From Candidatus Binatia bacterium (GTDB lineage: Bacteria > Desulfobacterota > Binatia > JACPRU01): a stretch of DNA of 52,553 bases. The notes beneath the pieces are model-generated. The model searched no databases. It was not told the DNA's origin and was given only the letters and a program-made list of their open reading frames with translations. Of this stretch, positions 23,773 to 33,269 are shown piece by piece; within the stretch, counting starts at the first letter, position 1, and every line of letters begins with the position of its first letter. Made by a program: the position numbers and the translations under genes. Location: positions 1 through 52,553 of the forward strand of contig JBEVNX010000091.1 in assembly GCA_040507895.1 (NCBI GenBank), given 5' to 3'.

Positions 23773-24432
23773 GTGCCCCTGCTCTCGCTCGAAGTGATCC
23801 GCAAGACGTGGAACGCGATGGCGGAATGCACGTCGGCTGAGGCGGATCGCGAGGCGACGAGATTCGTCGATCGCCAGCCTGTCATCAACGCAGCGGTGCT
23901 CGCGCTCACCGAAGATGCGGGCGAGGAGGCCGCGTCGGTGGCGCTCTACTGCGCCTGCGCGATCGCCGCCTGCTACGAGGCAGCGCGCCGCCGGGCGCTA
24001 CCGCGCGTGCACGAGCGAGTCATGGACGAGGCGCTCGACCGCATGGAGCGCTGGAGCCGCAATCTCGACAAGATGGACGAGCAGCTCCTCGCGCGCCGCG
24101 CGCTGTGTGGCCGCGATCATGACCAACCGTATCTGGTCGCGGAGCTGATGCGCTACCTGATCGCCTCCGCCGAGAACGGCGATTTCGACGGCAAGGATCT
24201 CGGTATGATCTTTTCCGCGTTGCTCGCCGTGATCCGCGCTTTCGACCGGGTCTCGGGCGCGCCGCGGCGAGTCCCCTCGATGGAACACGTGCTCGAGGAG
24301 CTGATCGGCAGGCCTCTGCCTTCGCTGCACCGGATGAACCCTTGTCCGTGTGGCAGCGGACGGCGCTACCGCGATTGTTGTCTGAAGAAGCGGAGCTCGC
24401 TCGCCTCTCGCAGCCGCGCTCCTCTTCCGTGA
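23773..24432 (+). CDS. SEC-C metal-binding-motif protein with a helical N-terminal domain
   Basis: 219 aa. The C terminus has NPCPCGSGRRYRDCC, the SecA-type SEC-C zinc motif. The rest is alpha-helical and belongs to no family I recognise. The GTG start is uncertain; the alternative is ATG at 23818. Confidence 0.75.
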   Translation: MPLLSLEVIRKTWNAMAECTSAEADREATRFVDRQPVINAAVLALTEDAGEEAASVALYCACAIAACYEAARRRALPRVHERVMDEALDRMERWSRNLDKMDEQLLARRALCGRDHDQPYLVAELMRYLIASAENGDFDGKDLGMIFSALLAVIRAFDRVSGAPRRVPSMEHVLEELIGRPLPSLHRMNPCPCGSGRRYRDCCLKKRSSLASRSRAPLP

Positions 24433-24594
24433 AGCCCTCGCGCTCGATCGAAACCGGAGCGTGGGCTCCGATCACATCTCGGTGAGAGCGCCGGCGGGTC
24501 CGCGCCGCGCGTTCGAATCGATCGATCGCGAGGCGATCGAAGCCATGTAGTCGTTCGATCCCGCTCAGCGGTGATCGAGCTCCCGGAGGAGAAA

Positions 24595-25731
24595 ATGGTC
24601 AGTCGTCGTGAGTTCTACGCGTCCTTGGTGGCGGTCGGAGCGATCTCGGCCTGGCTCGGCGCCAGTATCTCGCGCGCGCCGCAAGACGCTCGCTTCGTGC
24701 GCGCGGCGGAGGCCCAGATGCTGGCATCGAAGCCCTTCAGCTTCGCCGCGGTCGCGCGGCGGGCCACTCCGTCGGTCGTCAACGTCTTCACCACGCAGCA
24801 CGTGAAGGTCGCCCCGTTCGGCGCGCCGCTCGGGTCCGGAGATCCGTTCGATGAGTTCTTCCGGCAGTTCTTTCCCGGCTTGCCGCGCGAGATGGAGCAG
24901 AAAAGCCTCGGCTCCGGCGTCATCATCGGTCGCGATGGGTACATCCTCACCAACCATCACGTCGTGGCGAATGCCGACGAGATCCAGGTGAAGCTCTCCG
25001 ACACGCGGAGCTTCCCCGCGGAGCTGGTTGGCAGCGATGCGCGCACAGACGTGGCGCTGATCCGCGTGCGCGGCAACAACCTTCCGCAAGCACAACTCGG
25101 CAACTCCGACGATCTCGGCGTGGGCGACTGGGTTTTGGCGATCGGCAACCCGTTCGGGCTCGAGGAGACGGTCACAGCCGGGATCGTCAGCGCGAAAGAG
25201 CGCGTGATCGGTGCCGGACCGTTCGACAACTTCATCCAAACCGATGCCTCCATCAACCCCGGGAATTCGGGCGGGCCGCTGATCGACGTCGATGGCAAAG
25301 TCGTCGGGGTCAACAGCGCGATCTACAGTCGTTCGGGCGGCTCGATCGGAATCGGCTTCGCAATCCCGATCAACCTGGCGATGCAGGTCGTCGAACAGCT
25401 GCGCTCGAAGCGCCGGGTTGTGCGTGGCTGGCTCGGCGTCGCCATGCAGGACGTGACGCCGGAGCTCGCCCGATCTTTCGGACTGCCGGGCGAGGAAGGC
25501 GCGTTGATCTCGGACATCTATCGCGGCGGCCCTGCCCACCGCGCCGGCATCCGCCGGGGAGACGTGGTGGTCAGCTTCAACGGGCGGTCGGTCAAGAACT
25601 CGCGCGAGCTCGCTCGCTGGGCCTCCGAGATCCCGATCGGCCGTTCCGTGAAGATCGACGTCATCCGTGAGGGGAGCCGGCAGACGTTCGAGGTGACGAT
25701 CGCGGAAGCTCCGGTCGACCGCGGCGCGTGA
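24595..25731 (+). CDS. HtrA/DegS-like S1C serine protease with one PDZ domain
   Basis: The ATG at 24595 is preceded by GGAGGAG. There is an N-terminal membrane anchor (FYASLVAVGAISAWLGA). Catalytic triad contexts are TNHHVV, DVALIRV and GNSGGPLI. The C-terminal PDZ includes GALISDIYRGGPAHRAGIRRGDVV. Confidence 0.92.
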   Translation: MVSRREFYASLVAVGAISAWLGASISRAPQDARFVRAAEAQMLASKPFSFAAVARRATPSVVNVFTTQHVKVAPFGAPLGSGDPFDEFFRQFFPGLPREMEQKSLGSGVIIGRDGYILTNHHVVANADEIQVKLSDTRSFPAELVGSDARTDVALIRVRGNNLPQAQLGNSDDLGVGDWVLAIGNPFGLEETVTAGIVSAKERVIGAGPFDNFIQTDASINPGNSGGPLIDVDGKVVGVNSAIYSRSGGSIGIGFAIPINLAMQVVEQLRSKRRVVRGWLGVAMQDVTPELARSFGLPGEEGALISDIYRGGPAHRAGIRRGDVVVSFNGRSVKNSRELARWASEIPIGRSVKIDVIREGSRQTFEVTIAEAPVDRGA

Positions 25732-25813
25732 ATCCGCGAACGTCACCGACTTCGCGTCCGGCGTCCTTACACTAGTATCGCCGCCGTCCGGCTGTTAGAC
25801 GAAAGATTGCGCC

Positions 25814-26671
25814 ATGGCCGGGCACGACGTCGCGACGCTCGATTCTTGGATGCACACCCGTGAGACGGGCAGCGGTGATGCCGTCGTCTTCTTGCACGGG
25901 AATCCCACCTCTTCCTATCTGTGGCGCAACGTGGTTCCGCGCCTCGAGAGCGAGGGCCGCTGCCTGGCGCCCGACCTCATCGGCATGGGCCAATCCGGTA
26001 AACCGAGCATCGCCTACCGCTTCGTCGATCATGCGCGCTATCTAGACTCATGGTTCGACGCGCTGTCGCTCGAGCGCGTCACGCTGGTGCTTCACGACTG
26101 GGGCTCGGCTCTCGGCTTTCACTGGGCGCGGCGCCATCCCGATCGCGTGGCGGCCATCGCGTTCATGGAGGCGATCGTCAAACCCCTGACGTGGAGCGAG
26201 TGGCCCGAGCCAGCGCGCGAAGTGTTTCGCAGCTTCCGCACCCCCGGGGTCGGCGAGAGACTGATCTTCGAGAAGAACGTCTTCATCGAGAACGTGCTGC
26301 CCGGCTCGATTGTGCGCAAGCTCGAACCCGAAGAGATGAACGCTTACCGCGAACCCTTCCGCGATCCGAAGTCGCGCACCCCGATGTGGCGCTGGCCGAA
26401 CGAGATCCCGCTCGACGGCGAACCGCGCGACGTCGTGGAGATCGTCAACGCGTACGCCGAGTGGCTCGCGCACAGCGACGTTCCCAAGCTGCTTCTCGCC
26501 TTCACGCCCGGCGCGATCCTCGGTGCCGAGCTGGTTGAACACTGTCGCAGCCACATGCGAAACCTCGAGGTCCAGCATCTCGGCCCCGGCAGTCACTTCG
26601 TCCAGGAGGACCAACCCGAGGCGATCGGCGACGCGGTTCGCGATTGGCGCAGGCGCGTGCTCGCGGCGTGA
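25814..26671 (+). CDS. Haloalkane dehalogenase (HLD-II type alpha/beta hydrolase)
   Basis: 285 aa. Contains FLHGNPTSSYLWRN (halide-stabilising Asn/Trp context), HDWGS (nucleophile Asp-Trp), FMEAIV (catalytic acid context) and GSHFVQEDQP (catalytic His). Confidence 0.88.
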   Translation: MAGHDVATLDSWMHTRETGSGDAVVFLHGNPTSSYLWRNVVPRLESEGRCLAPDLIGMGQSGKPSIAYRFVDHARYLDSWFDALSLERVTLVLHDWGSALGFHWARRHPDRVAAIAFMEAIVKPLTWSEWPEPAREVFRSFRTPGVGERLIFEKNVFIENVLPGSIVRKLEPEEMNAYREPFRDPKSRTPMWRWPNEIPLDGEPRDVVEIVNAYAEWLAHSDVPKLLLAFTPGAILGAELVEHCRSHMRNLEVQHLGPGSHFVQEDQPEAIGDAVRDWRRRVLAA

Positions 26672-26700
26672 GCCGCGATCGTTCGTCGGTCAACGCCGCG

Positions 26701-29151
26701 ATGCGTTGTGCTGGGGTCAGCGTTCCACTGTTCTCACTGCGTTCCGAACGGGATGGTGGAATCGGCGATTTCACCGATCTTGTCGCGTTCATCGATTGGG
26801 CCGCAGGCTTCGGCCAGCGTCTCGTCGCGTTGCTGCCGCTCTGCGAGATGGGGCCGGGCGAGACCAGTCCGTATCATCCGTTGTCGTCGTTCGCGCTCGA
26901 CCCAATCTTCCTCCGACCCCAAGAGCTCGTGGAGCTACGCGGCGAGCACTGCGCTCTGATGCCGAGCCGCGATTGCGTCGATCACTTCGCGGTGCGTGCC
27001 AGCAAGGCTCCGCTCTTCGAGGAAGCGTTCCGGCGCTTCCGCGCGTTTCCGAGCGAACATCCGCGGCGTCGGCGTTTCGCTCGCTTCCGCGCGGCGGCTC
27101 AGAGCTGGCTCGCAGACTACGCTCTGTTCCGGGCGTTGCTCGACGAGCAAGGCGCGCGGTCATGGACGCATTGGCCCGACGCGCTCCGGCGGCGGGACCC
27201 CGGCGCTCTCGAAGAGGCTCGTCGGCGACTCGCGGAACGCATCGCCTTCTTCGAGTTCTTGCAGTTCGCCGCCGCCGAAGCCTGGCGCGAGACGCGCGTC
27301 GAAGCCGAGCGACGCGGCGTGGTATTGATGGGCGATTTGTCGTTTGCGCCATCGCAAAACAGCGTCGACGTCTGGGCGAACCCCGGCCTCTTCGATCTGT
27401 CGAGGTCCGTCGGCGCGCCTCCCGACGCCTTCAGCGCCTCCGGGCAGCGCTGGGGATTGCCGATGTACCGTTGGGACGAGATTCGTCGCAGCGGGTGGCG
27501 CTGGTTCCGCGCGCGCGCGCGGCGCATGGCCGAGCTCTACGATCTCTTCCGCGTGGACCACGTCGTCGGTCTCTTCCGCACCTTCTGGTTCGACGGCGAG
27601 ACGCCCGGTGGCTTCGACCCCCCCGTCGAGGCTGAACAGATCACTCAAGGGCGCGAGATCCTCCGGCTGTTGGTCGAGGGAGCCCGGCCGGCGACGATCG
27701 TCGCCGAAGATCTCGGCACGATCCCGGAGTTCGTCCTGGACATGCTCGGCGCGCTCGACGTGCCGGGCTACAAGGTGCTGCGCTGGCAGCGCGACGACGG
27801 CGGCTTCATCGATCCGGCGGCTTATCCGGAGTGCTCGATCGCGACGACCGGGACTCACGACACCGACTCGCTCACCGAGTGGTGGGAGGGGCTCGCCCCG
27901 GCGGAGCGGACCGCCGTCATCGGGTCGGCGGAGGCGTCCGCGGACCCGGAGCTGACGCGGGCGCACCGACTGGCGATCCTCGAGCGGCTCTATCGATCGC
28001 CGTCGCGGTACGTGATCTTCCCGATCCAAGATCTCTTCGGATGGCGCGAGCGCATCAACACACCGGCCACGGTGGGCGTCGGCAACTGGGTATACCGCTT
28101 GCCGGCGCCCCTCGAGCGCTTGCGCGCCGATCCAGCCGTGGTCGCGGACGTAGCAGCGCTGAGGACGTTGATTGACCGCTCCGGACGATTGCGGAGAATA
28201 GACCTGAACACCTCTGGCCCACAGCGTGCTCGCGCTCGCGAGGACGGATGGGGCAAGCTCGGGGGCGCGATGGAAGAGTTCAAGACCGGCAGCGTACGAG
28301 CCAACGGGCTTCAGTTTCATTTTCTCGAAGCGGGTCGGGGTCCGCTGGTACTTTGCCTGCACGGATTCCCCGACCACGCACGGTCGTTCCGCTCCCAGCT
28401 CCCCGCGCTGGCCAAGGCGGGGTTCCGTGCCGTCGCACCGTATCTGCGGGGCTATGCGCCGACGGACGTTCCGCCGAATGGACCCTTCCAAGCCGCGGCG
28501 TTGGCGACGGATGCGGCGGCTCTGGTGGAAGCGCTCTCCCCGAGCGAGCCGGCGTTCGTGTTCGGACACGACTGGGGGGCGCTCGCGGCCTACGGCGCCG
28601 CGCAGCTCGCGCCGCGGCGCATTCGGAAGATCGCCACCGCCGCGGTGCCGCACGGGCCGCAGCTGTTGCAGGCGATCGTGTCGAGCTACGACCAGATGCG
28701 TCGCTCCTGGTACATTTTCATGTTCCAGATGCCGACGGCCGAAGCAGCAGTCTCCGGCGCCGGCTTCGCGTTCCTCGACCGGATGTGGGCGGACTGGTCG
28801 CCGGGCTGGACGGTACCGGCCGAAGAGATGGCGGCCCTCAAGGAGACGTTTCGCAAGGCTGGTGTGCTCCCGGCCGCGCTCGGGTACTATCGACATACCT
28901 TCAATCCCGCCTTGCAGGTCCCCGAGCTCGCGGAGCTGCAATCGAAGATGATGACCGCGCCGATCCCCGTGCCCGCACTCGTCTTTCACGGTCGTCGTGA
29001 TGGCTGCATCGGCGTCGAGACGCTCGAGGGCATGGAGGCGCTATGCCCTCAGGGCCTGGCCAAGGTGGTGATCGAGGACGCGGGTCACTTCGTCCACCAA
29101 GAAAGGCCCGATCGCGTAAACGAAGCGTTGATCGCATTCTTCAAGGCTTGA
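26701..29151 (+). CDS. malQ: Single ORF fusing 4-alpha-glucanotransferase (GH77 amylomaltase) to an epoxide-hydrolase-like alpha/beta hydrolase
   Basis: The GH77 half contains MRCAGVSVPLFSLRSERDGGIGDF, FRVDHVVGLFR, VAEDLGTIP and TGTHDTDS. After about 27 linker residues comes the second half, MEEFKTGSVRANGLQFHFLEAG..LHGFPDH...FGHDWGA...GHFVHQERP. There is no stop between the halves. Alternative first starts are GTG 26668 (overlaps the upstream stop) or 26644. An internal in-frame ATG lies at 28270. Confidence 0.85.
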   Translation: MRCAGVSVPLFSLRSERDGGIGDFTDLVAFIDWAAGFGQRLVALLPLCEMGPGETSPYHPLSSFALDPIFLRPQELVELRGEHCALMPSRDCVDHFAVRASKAPLFEEAFRRFRAFPSEHPRRRRFARFRAAAQSWLADYALFRALLDEQGARSWTHWPDALRRRDPGALEEARRRLAERIAFFEFLQFAAAEAWRETRVEAERRGVVLMGDLSFAPSQNSVDVWANPGLFDLSRSVGAPPDAFSASGQRWGLPMYRWDEIRRSGWRWFRARARRMAELYDLFRVDHVVGLFRTFWFDGETPGGFDPPVEAEQITQGREILRLLVEGARPATIVAEDLGTIPEFVLDMLGALDVPGYKVLRWQRDDGGFIDPAAYPECSIATTGTHDTDSLTEWWEGLAPAERTAVIGSAEASADPELTRAHRLAILERLYRSPSRYVIFPIQDLFGWRERINTPATVGVGNWVYRLPAPLERLRADPAVVADVAALRTLIDRSGRLRRIDLNTSGPQRARAREDGWGKLGGAMEEFKTGSVRANGLQFHFLEAGRGPLVLCLHGFPDHARSFRSQLPALAKAGFRAVAPYLRGYAPTDVPPNGPFQAAALATDAAALVEALSPSEPAFVFGHDWGALAAYGAAQLAPRRIRKIATAAVPHGPQLLQAIVSSYDQMRRSWYIFMFQMPTAEAAVSGAGFAFLDRMWADWSPGWTVPAEEMAALKETFRKAGVLPAALGYYRHTFNPALQVPELAELQSKMMTAPIPVPALVFHGRRDGCIGVETLEGMEALCPQGLAKVVIEDAGHFVHQERPDRVNEALIAFFKA

Positions 29152-29161
29152 GCAAGAGATC

Positions 29162-31918
29162 GTGAACTTTCTCGACTTCATCGCGCGCGCCAACCCGGAG
29201 TACGTCGAGGGCCTGTACCGGCAGTTCAAGAACGATCCTGGGTCGGTCGACGAGCGCTGGGCACTGGTGTTCGCGGGCTACGAGTTCGCGACACGGAACG
29301 GCGCTGCGCCGGCGTCGGATGGCAAGCCGGCGTTGCGCGTGGCCGACCTCGTCGAGGCCTATCGCAACTTCGGTCACCTGGTCGCCGATCTCGATCCGCT
29401 CGGCCACAGTCCGAGGTCGCACCCCTACCTCGAGCTCGATCGCTTCGGTCTGGACGCCGACGACCTTCGCCGGACCGTGTCGTCCGGCACGTTCCGCGGC
29501 CTCCTCGACGTTCCCTTCGCGGAGCTCATCGAGGCGCTACGCGAGACCTACTGCGGCACGCTCGGCGTAGAGCTCGTCGACATCCGCGACAAGGAGCAGC
29601 GCGACTGGCTCGAAGAGCGCATGGAGGGGTGTCGCAACCGGCCTGCCCTCTCGAACGAAGAGCGAGTGCATGTTCTCGAGCGGCTGGTCGCTGCCGAAAC
29701 CTTCGAGCAGTTTTTGCAGACGAAATACGTCGGCCAGAAGCGCTTCTCGCTCGAGGGCGCCGAGGCGTTGATCCCGCTTCTCGATACGATCGTCGAGGGT
29801 GCGGACGCGCTGGGCGTCGAAGAGATCGTCATGGGCATGCCACACCGCGGTCGCCTGAACGTGCTCGCCCATGTCCTACACAAACCGTACGAGATGATCC
29901 TCTCGGAGTTCGAGGGCGTGTTCCTGCCGGCGGGGGTCCAGGGAGACGGCGACGTCAAGTACCATCTCGGGTATTCGCGCGACCACCGCACGAAGGACGG
30001 GCGCAGCATCCACCTTTCGCTCAGCTCCAATCCGAGCCACCTCGAAGCGATCGATCCGGTCGTCGAAGGCATCGTGCGCGCCAAGCAAGGTTATCTCGGC
30101 GACCACGAGCGGCGCCGCGTCGTTCCGGTGCTCATGCACGGCGACGCCTCCTTCACGGGACAGGGGCTGGTCTACGAGACGCTGGCGCTGTCAGAGCTCG
30201 CCGCGTTCACCACCGGCGGCACGATTCACGTCATCGTCAACAACCAGATCGGATTCACGACCTCGCCCCACGAGTATCGCTTCACTCGTTATCCGTCGGA
30301 CCTCGCCGCCGTGATCGAGGCGCCGGTCTGGCACGTCAACGCGGATGATCCGGAGGCGGCGGTGCAGGCGGCGCGGCTCGCCGTCGCCTTTCGCAATCAG
30401 TTTCGCGTCGACGTCGTGCTCGACCTCGTTTGCTACCGCCGCCACGGCCACAACGAGCTCGACGATCCGACCTTCACGCAGCCGGTGATGTACCGCGGGA
30501 TCCGCGAGCATCCGACGGTCGTCGCGCGCTATACGAAGCGACTGGAGCGAGAAGGAGTGATCGGCAGCGCGCGCGTCGGCGAGATCCGCGATGACGTCAA
30601 GGGCACGCTCGAGGATGCGCTGAGCTACGCGCGCGATTTCATGCCCCGCCAGCAGGTGTTCGCCCTCGGCGGCTTGTGGAAGGGCCTGCAGTGGGCCGGC
30701 TCGGACTGGAGCGCCGACACCCGGATTCCGGCCGCCGAGCTGCTCGAGGCGGCTGAAGCGCTGCGCCGAGTGCCGGAAGGATTCGCACCGCACCCGCGCG
30801 TGCAGAAGCTCCTCGAGCAACGCTACGAGATGGTCCACGGCGGCGAGGGCATCGACTGGGGCTGCGCCGAGACGCTCGCTTACGCGAGCTTGCTTCGAGA
30901 AGGCACGCCCGTCCGCCTCACGGGACAGGACACCGGCCGCGGCACGTTCAGCCACCGCCACGCGATCCTTTACGACAACGCCACCGGCACCGAGTACGTT
31001 CCGCTCAACCACTTGCGTGCAGGCCAGGCGGAGATCGAGGTGGTGAACAGCATGCTGAGCGAGGCTGCGGTGCTCGGGTTCGAGTACGGCATGTCGAGCG
31101 CCGATCCGCGCCGTCTGGTGATTTGGGAGGCGCAGTTCGGTGACTTCGCCAACGGTGCGCAGGTGATCATCGATCAGTTCGTCTCGAGTGCCGAGTCGAA
31201 GTGGCAGCGCATGAGCGGGCTGGTGATGCTGCTGCCGCACGGCTACGAGGGCCAAGGCCCCGAGCATTCGAGCGCACGTCTCGAGCGCTTCCTGCAACTC
31301 GCGGCCGACCAGAACATACAGGTGGTGAATGTGACGACCCCCGCGCAATTCTTCCACGCGCTACGCCGCCAGATCCATCGCCCATTCCGCAAGCCGCTGA
31401 TCGTCATGAGCCCGAAGAGCTTGCTCCGCCTGCCACGCGCGGTCTCGACGCTCGCGGATCTCGCCGAGGGAGCGTTTCACACCGTGATCGGCGACTCTGC
31501 CTCCACCGGTGCCGCGCAACGGCTGCTGCTCTGCTCGGGGAAGATCTTTTACGCCCTCGAGAAGGAGCGCGCGGAACGCGATCGCGGCGACGTGGCGATC
31601 GTACGCGTCGAGCAGCTGCATCCGTTCCCGGCAGCGGAGCTCTCCGAAATCTTGAGCCGCTACTCGGGAGCGACGCAGATTCGCTGGGTACAGGAAGAGC
31701 CGAAGAACCAGGGCGCCTGGCAATTCATGGCTCCGCTGCTGCGGGCGATCGACTCGCGCGAAATCGGGTACGTGGGACGGGAGGAGGCCGCGAGTCCGGC
31801 GACCGGCAGCTACAAGATCCATCAGGCCGAGGAAGCGGCGATCCTCGACGAAGCCCTGCGGCGGCCGCGATCGGCGACCGCCACGGCGCCGCGGGTTCAG
31901 GACCGCGCGGCGGGGTGA
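29162..31918 (+). CDS. sucA: 2-oxoglutarate dehydrogenase E1 component
   Basis: 918 aa. MNFLDFIARANPEYVEGLYRQFKNDP is the typical SucA N terminus. Also contains RFSLEGAE and MGMPHRGRLNVLA. It is followed by the E2 and E3 genes. Confidence 0.97.
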   Translation: MNFLDFIARANPEYVEGLYRQFKNDPGSVDERWALVFAGYEFATRNGAAPASDGKPALRVADLVEAYRNFGHLVADLDPLGHSPRSHPYLELDRFGLDADDLRRTVSSGTFRGLLDVPFAELIEALRETYCGTLGVELVDIRDKEQRDWLEERMEGCRNRPALSNEERVHVLERLVAAETFEQFLQTKYVGQKRFSLEGAEALIPLLDTIVEGADALGVEEIVMGMPHRGRLNVLAHVLHKPYEMILSEFEGVFLPAGVQGDGDVKYHLGYSRDHRTKDGRSIHLSLSSNPSHLEAIDPVVEGIVRAKQGYLGDHERRRVVPVLMHGDASFTGQGLVYETLALSELAAFTTGGTIHVIVNNQIGFTTSPHEYRFTRYPSDLAAVIEAPVWHVNADDPEAAVQAARLAVAFRNQFRVDVVLDLVCYRRHGHNELDDPTFTQPVMYRGIREHPTVVARYTKRLEREGVIGSARVGEIRDDVKGTLEDALSYARDFMPRQQVFALGGLWKGLQWAGSDWSADTRIPAAELLEAAEALRRVPEGFAPHPRVQKLLEQRYEMVHGGEGIDWGCAETLAYASLLREGTPVRLTGQDTGRGTFSHRHAILYDNATGTEYVPLNHLRAGQAEIEVVNSMLSEAAVLGFEYGMSSADPRRLVIWEAQFGDFANGAQVIIDQFVSSAESKWQRMSGLVMLLPHGYEGQGPEHSSARLERFLQLAADQNIQVVNVTTPAQFFHALRRQIHRPFRKPLIVMSPKSLLRLPRAVSTLADLAEGAFHTVIGDSASTGAAQRLLLCSGKIFYALEKERAERDRGDVAIVRVEQLHPFPAAELSEILSRYSGATQIRWVQEEPKNQGAWQFMAPLLRAIDSREIGYVGREEAASPATGSYKIHQAEEAAILDEALRRPRSATATAPRVQDRAAG

Positions 31919-31936
31919 GGCAGACGGAGAGCGAGC

Positions 31937-33220
31937 ATGGCGGTGGAGGTGCGCATTCCTTCATTGGGCGAGTCGGTGAGCGAGGGTGTGATCACCCGCT
32001 GGCTCAAGGAAAACGGCGATGCCGTCGCCGCCGACGATATTCTCTTCGAGCTCGAGACCGACAAGGCGACGATGGAGATTCCCGCCGAGGTGGCAGGCCG
32101 CCTGGAGATCCTCAGGCAGGCGGGAGAGACCGTGGAGGTCGGAACCGTGGTGGCGCGCATCGCCGACGGCGCCGGCGCGCGCGCCCCCAAGCCGAAATCC
32201 GGCGCGGCGCCGATCGAGGAGTCGAAGCCGGCGCCCGCCTTCCCAACGGGCGCGGGGAACGGGCCCAAGCCCCCGTCGGAAGCACCGCTGAGCCCCGCGG
32301 TGCGAAGGCTCCTCGCCGAGCATCAGATCGATCCCGGTGACCTCTCGGGCACAGGCAAGGGCGGACGGCTCACCAAGGAGGACGTGCTGCGCGTGATCGA
32401 GGGCGGGAAGACGCCGGCTGCTCCCACGCCGATGAAGCAGGCGTCGCCGGAACAAGCTCCGGCGGCGGCCGGTCCACTGCCCGTCGCTCGCCCCGCGGCG
32501 CTTGCCCCGACGTCCTCGGTGGCTGCGGCGGAGCGCGTGCCGATGACACGGTTCCGCAAGCGCATCGCCGAGCGGCTCGTCGAAGCGCAGCGCACGGCCG
32601 CGATCCTCACGACATTCAACGAGATCGACATGTCGGCGACGATCGAATTGCGAAAGCGTCACAAGGAGCGATTCCAGAAGGCGCACGGCATCGGGCTCGG
32701 CTTCATGTCACTCTTCGCACGCGCCTGCGTTCTGGCGCTGCGCGAGCTGCCGATCGTCAACGCGTCGATCGAGGGCGACGACGTCGTCTACCATCGTCCG
32801 GTGCATCTCGGCATCGCCGTCGGCACGCCCCGCGGCCTGGTCGTTCCCGTGGTCCGCAACGCGGACGGGCTCTCGATCGCCGGCCTCGAGAAGGCGATCG
32901 CCGACCTCGCCGTGCTGGCGCGCGACGGCAAGCTTTTGCCCGACCACCTCGCCGGCGGCACGTTCACGATCTCGAACGGCGGGGTCTACGGGTCGTTGAT
33001 GTCCACGCCGATCCTCACGCCGCCGCAATCGGCGATCCTCGGCATGCACAAGATCGAGGAGCGGCCGGTCGCGATCGACGGCCAGGTCGTGATCCGGCCG
33101 ATGATGTACGTCGCGCTGTCGTACGACCATCGCCTGATCGACGGCGAGCAGGCGGTGACGTTCCTGGTGAAGATCAAGGAACGGCTCGAGGATCCCTCGC
33201 GCATGGTGCTCGAGGTCTAG
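31937..33220 (+). CDS. sucB: Dihydrolipoyllysine-residue succinyltransferase (E2 of 2-oxoglutarate dehydrogenase)
   Basis: 427 aa. Has a lipoyl domain with [13 protein letters not shown], a Pro/Ala linker, an E3-binding segment ([15 protein letters not shown]) and a catalytic domain with DHRLIDG. Confidence 0.96.
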   Translation: MAVEVRIPSLGESVSEGVITRWLKENGDAVAADDILFELETDKATMEIPAEVAGRLEILRQAGETVEVGTVVARIADGAGARAPKPKSGAAPIEESKPAPAFPTGAGNGPKPPSEAPLSPAVRRLLAEHQIDPGDLSGTGKGGRLTKEDVLRVIEGGKTPAAPTPMKQASPEQAPAAAGPLPVARPAALAPTSSVAAAERVPMTRFRKRIAERLVEAQRTAAILTTFNEIDMSATIELRKRHKERFQKAHGIGLGFMSLFARACVLALRELPIVNASIEGDDVVYHRPVHLGIAVGTPRGLVVPVVRNADGLSIAGLEKAIADLAVLARDGKLLPDHLAGGTFTISNGGVYGSLMSTPILTPPQSAILGMHKIEERPVAIDGQVVIRPMMYVALSYDHRLIDGEQAVTFLVKIKERLEDPSRMVLEV

Positions 33221-33269
33221 CCGGGAGCGGGGAAACCTGGCGGCGCAGCGTTCGTCGAGGAGATCAGGC

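Noticed and set aside
28270-29151. Calling the alpha/beta hydrolase as a separate gene from malQ.
   Set aside because: No stop codon separates it from the GH77 reading frame in the sequence as given, so it is reported as one ORF. The two-gene alternative is flagged in the findings.
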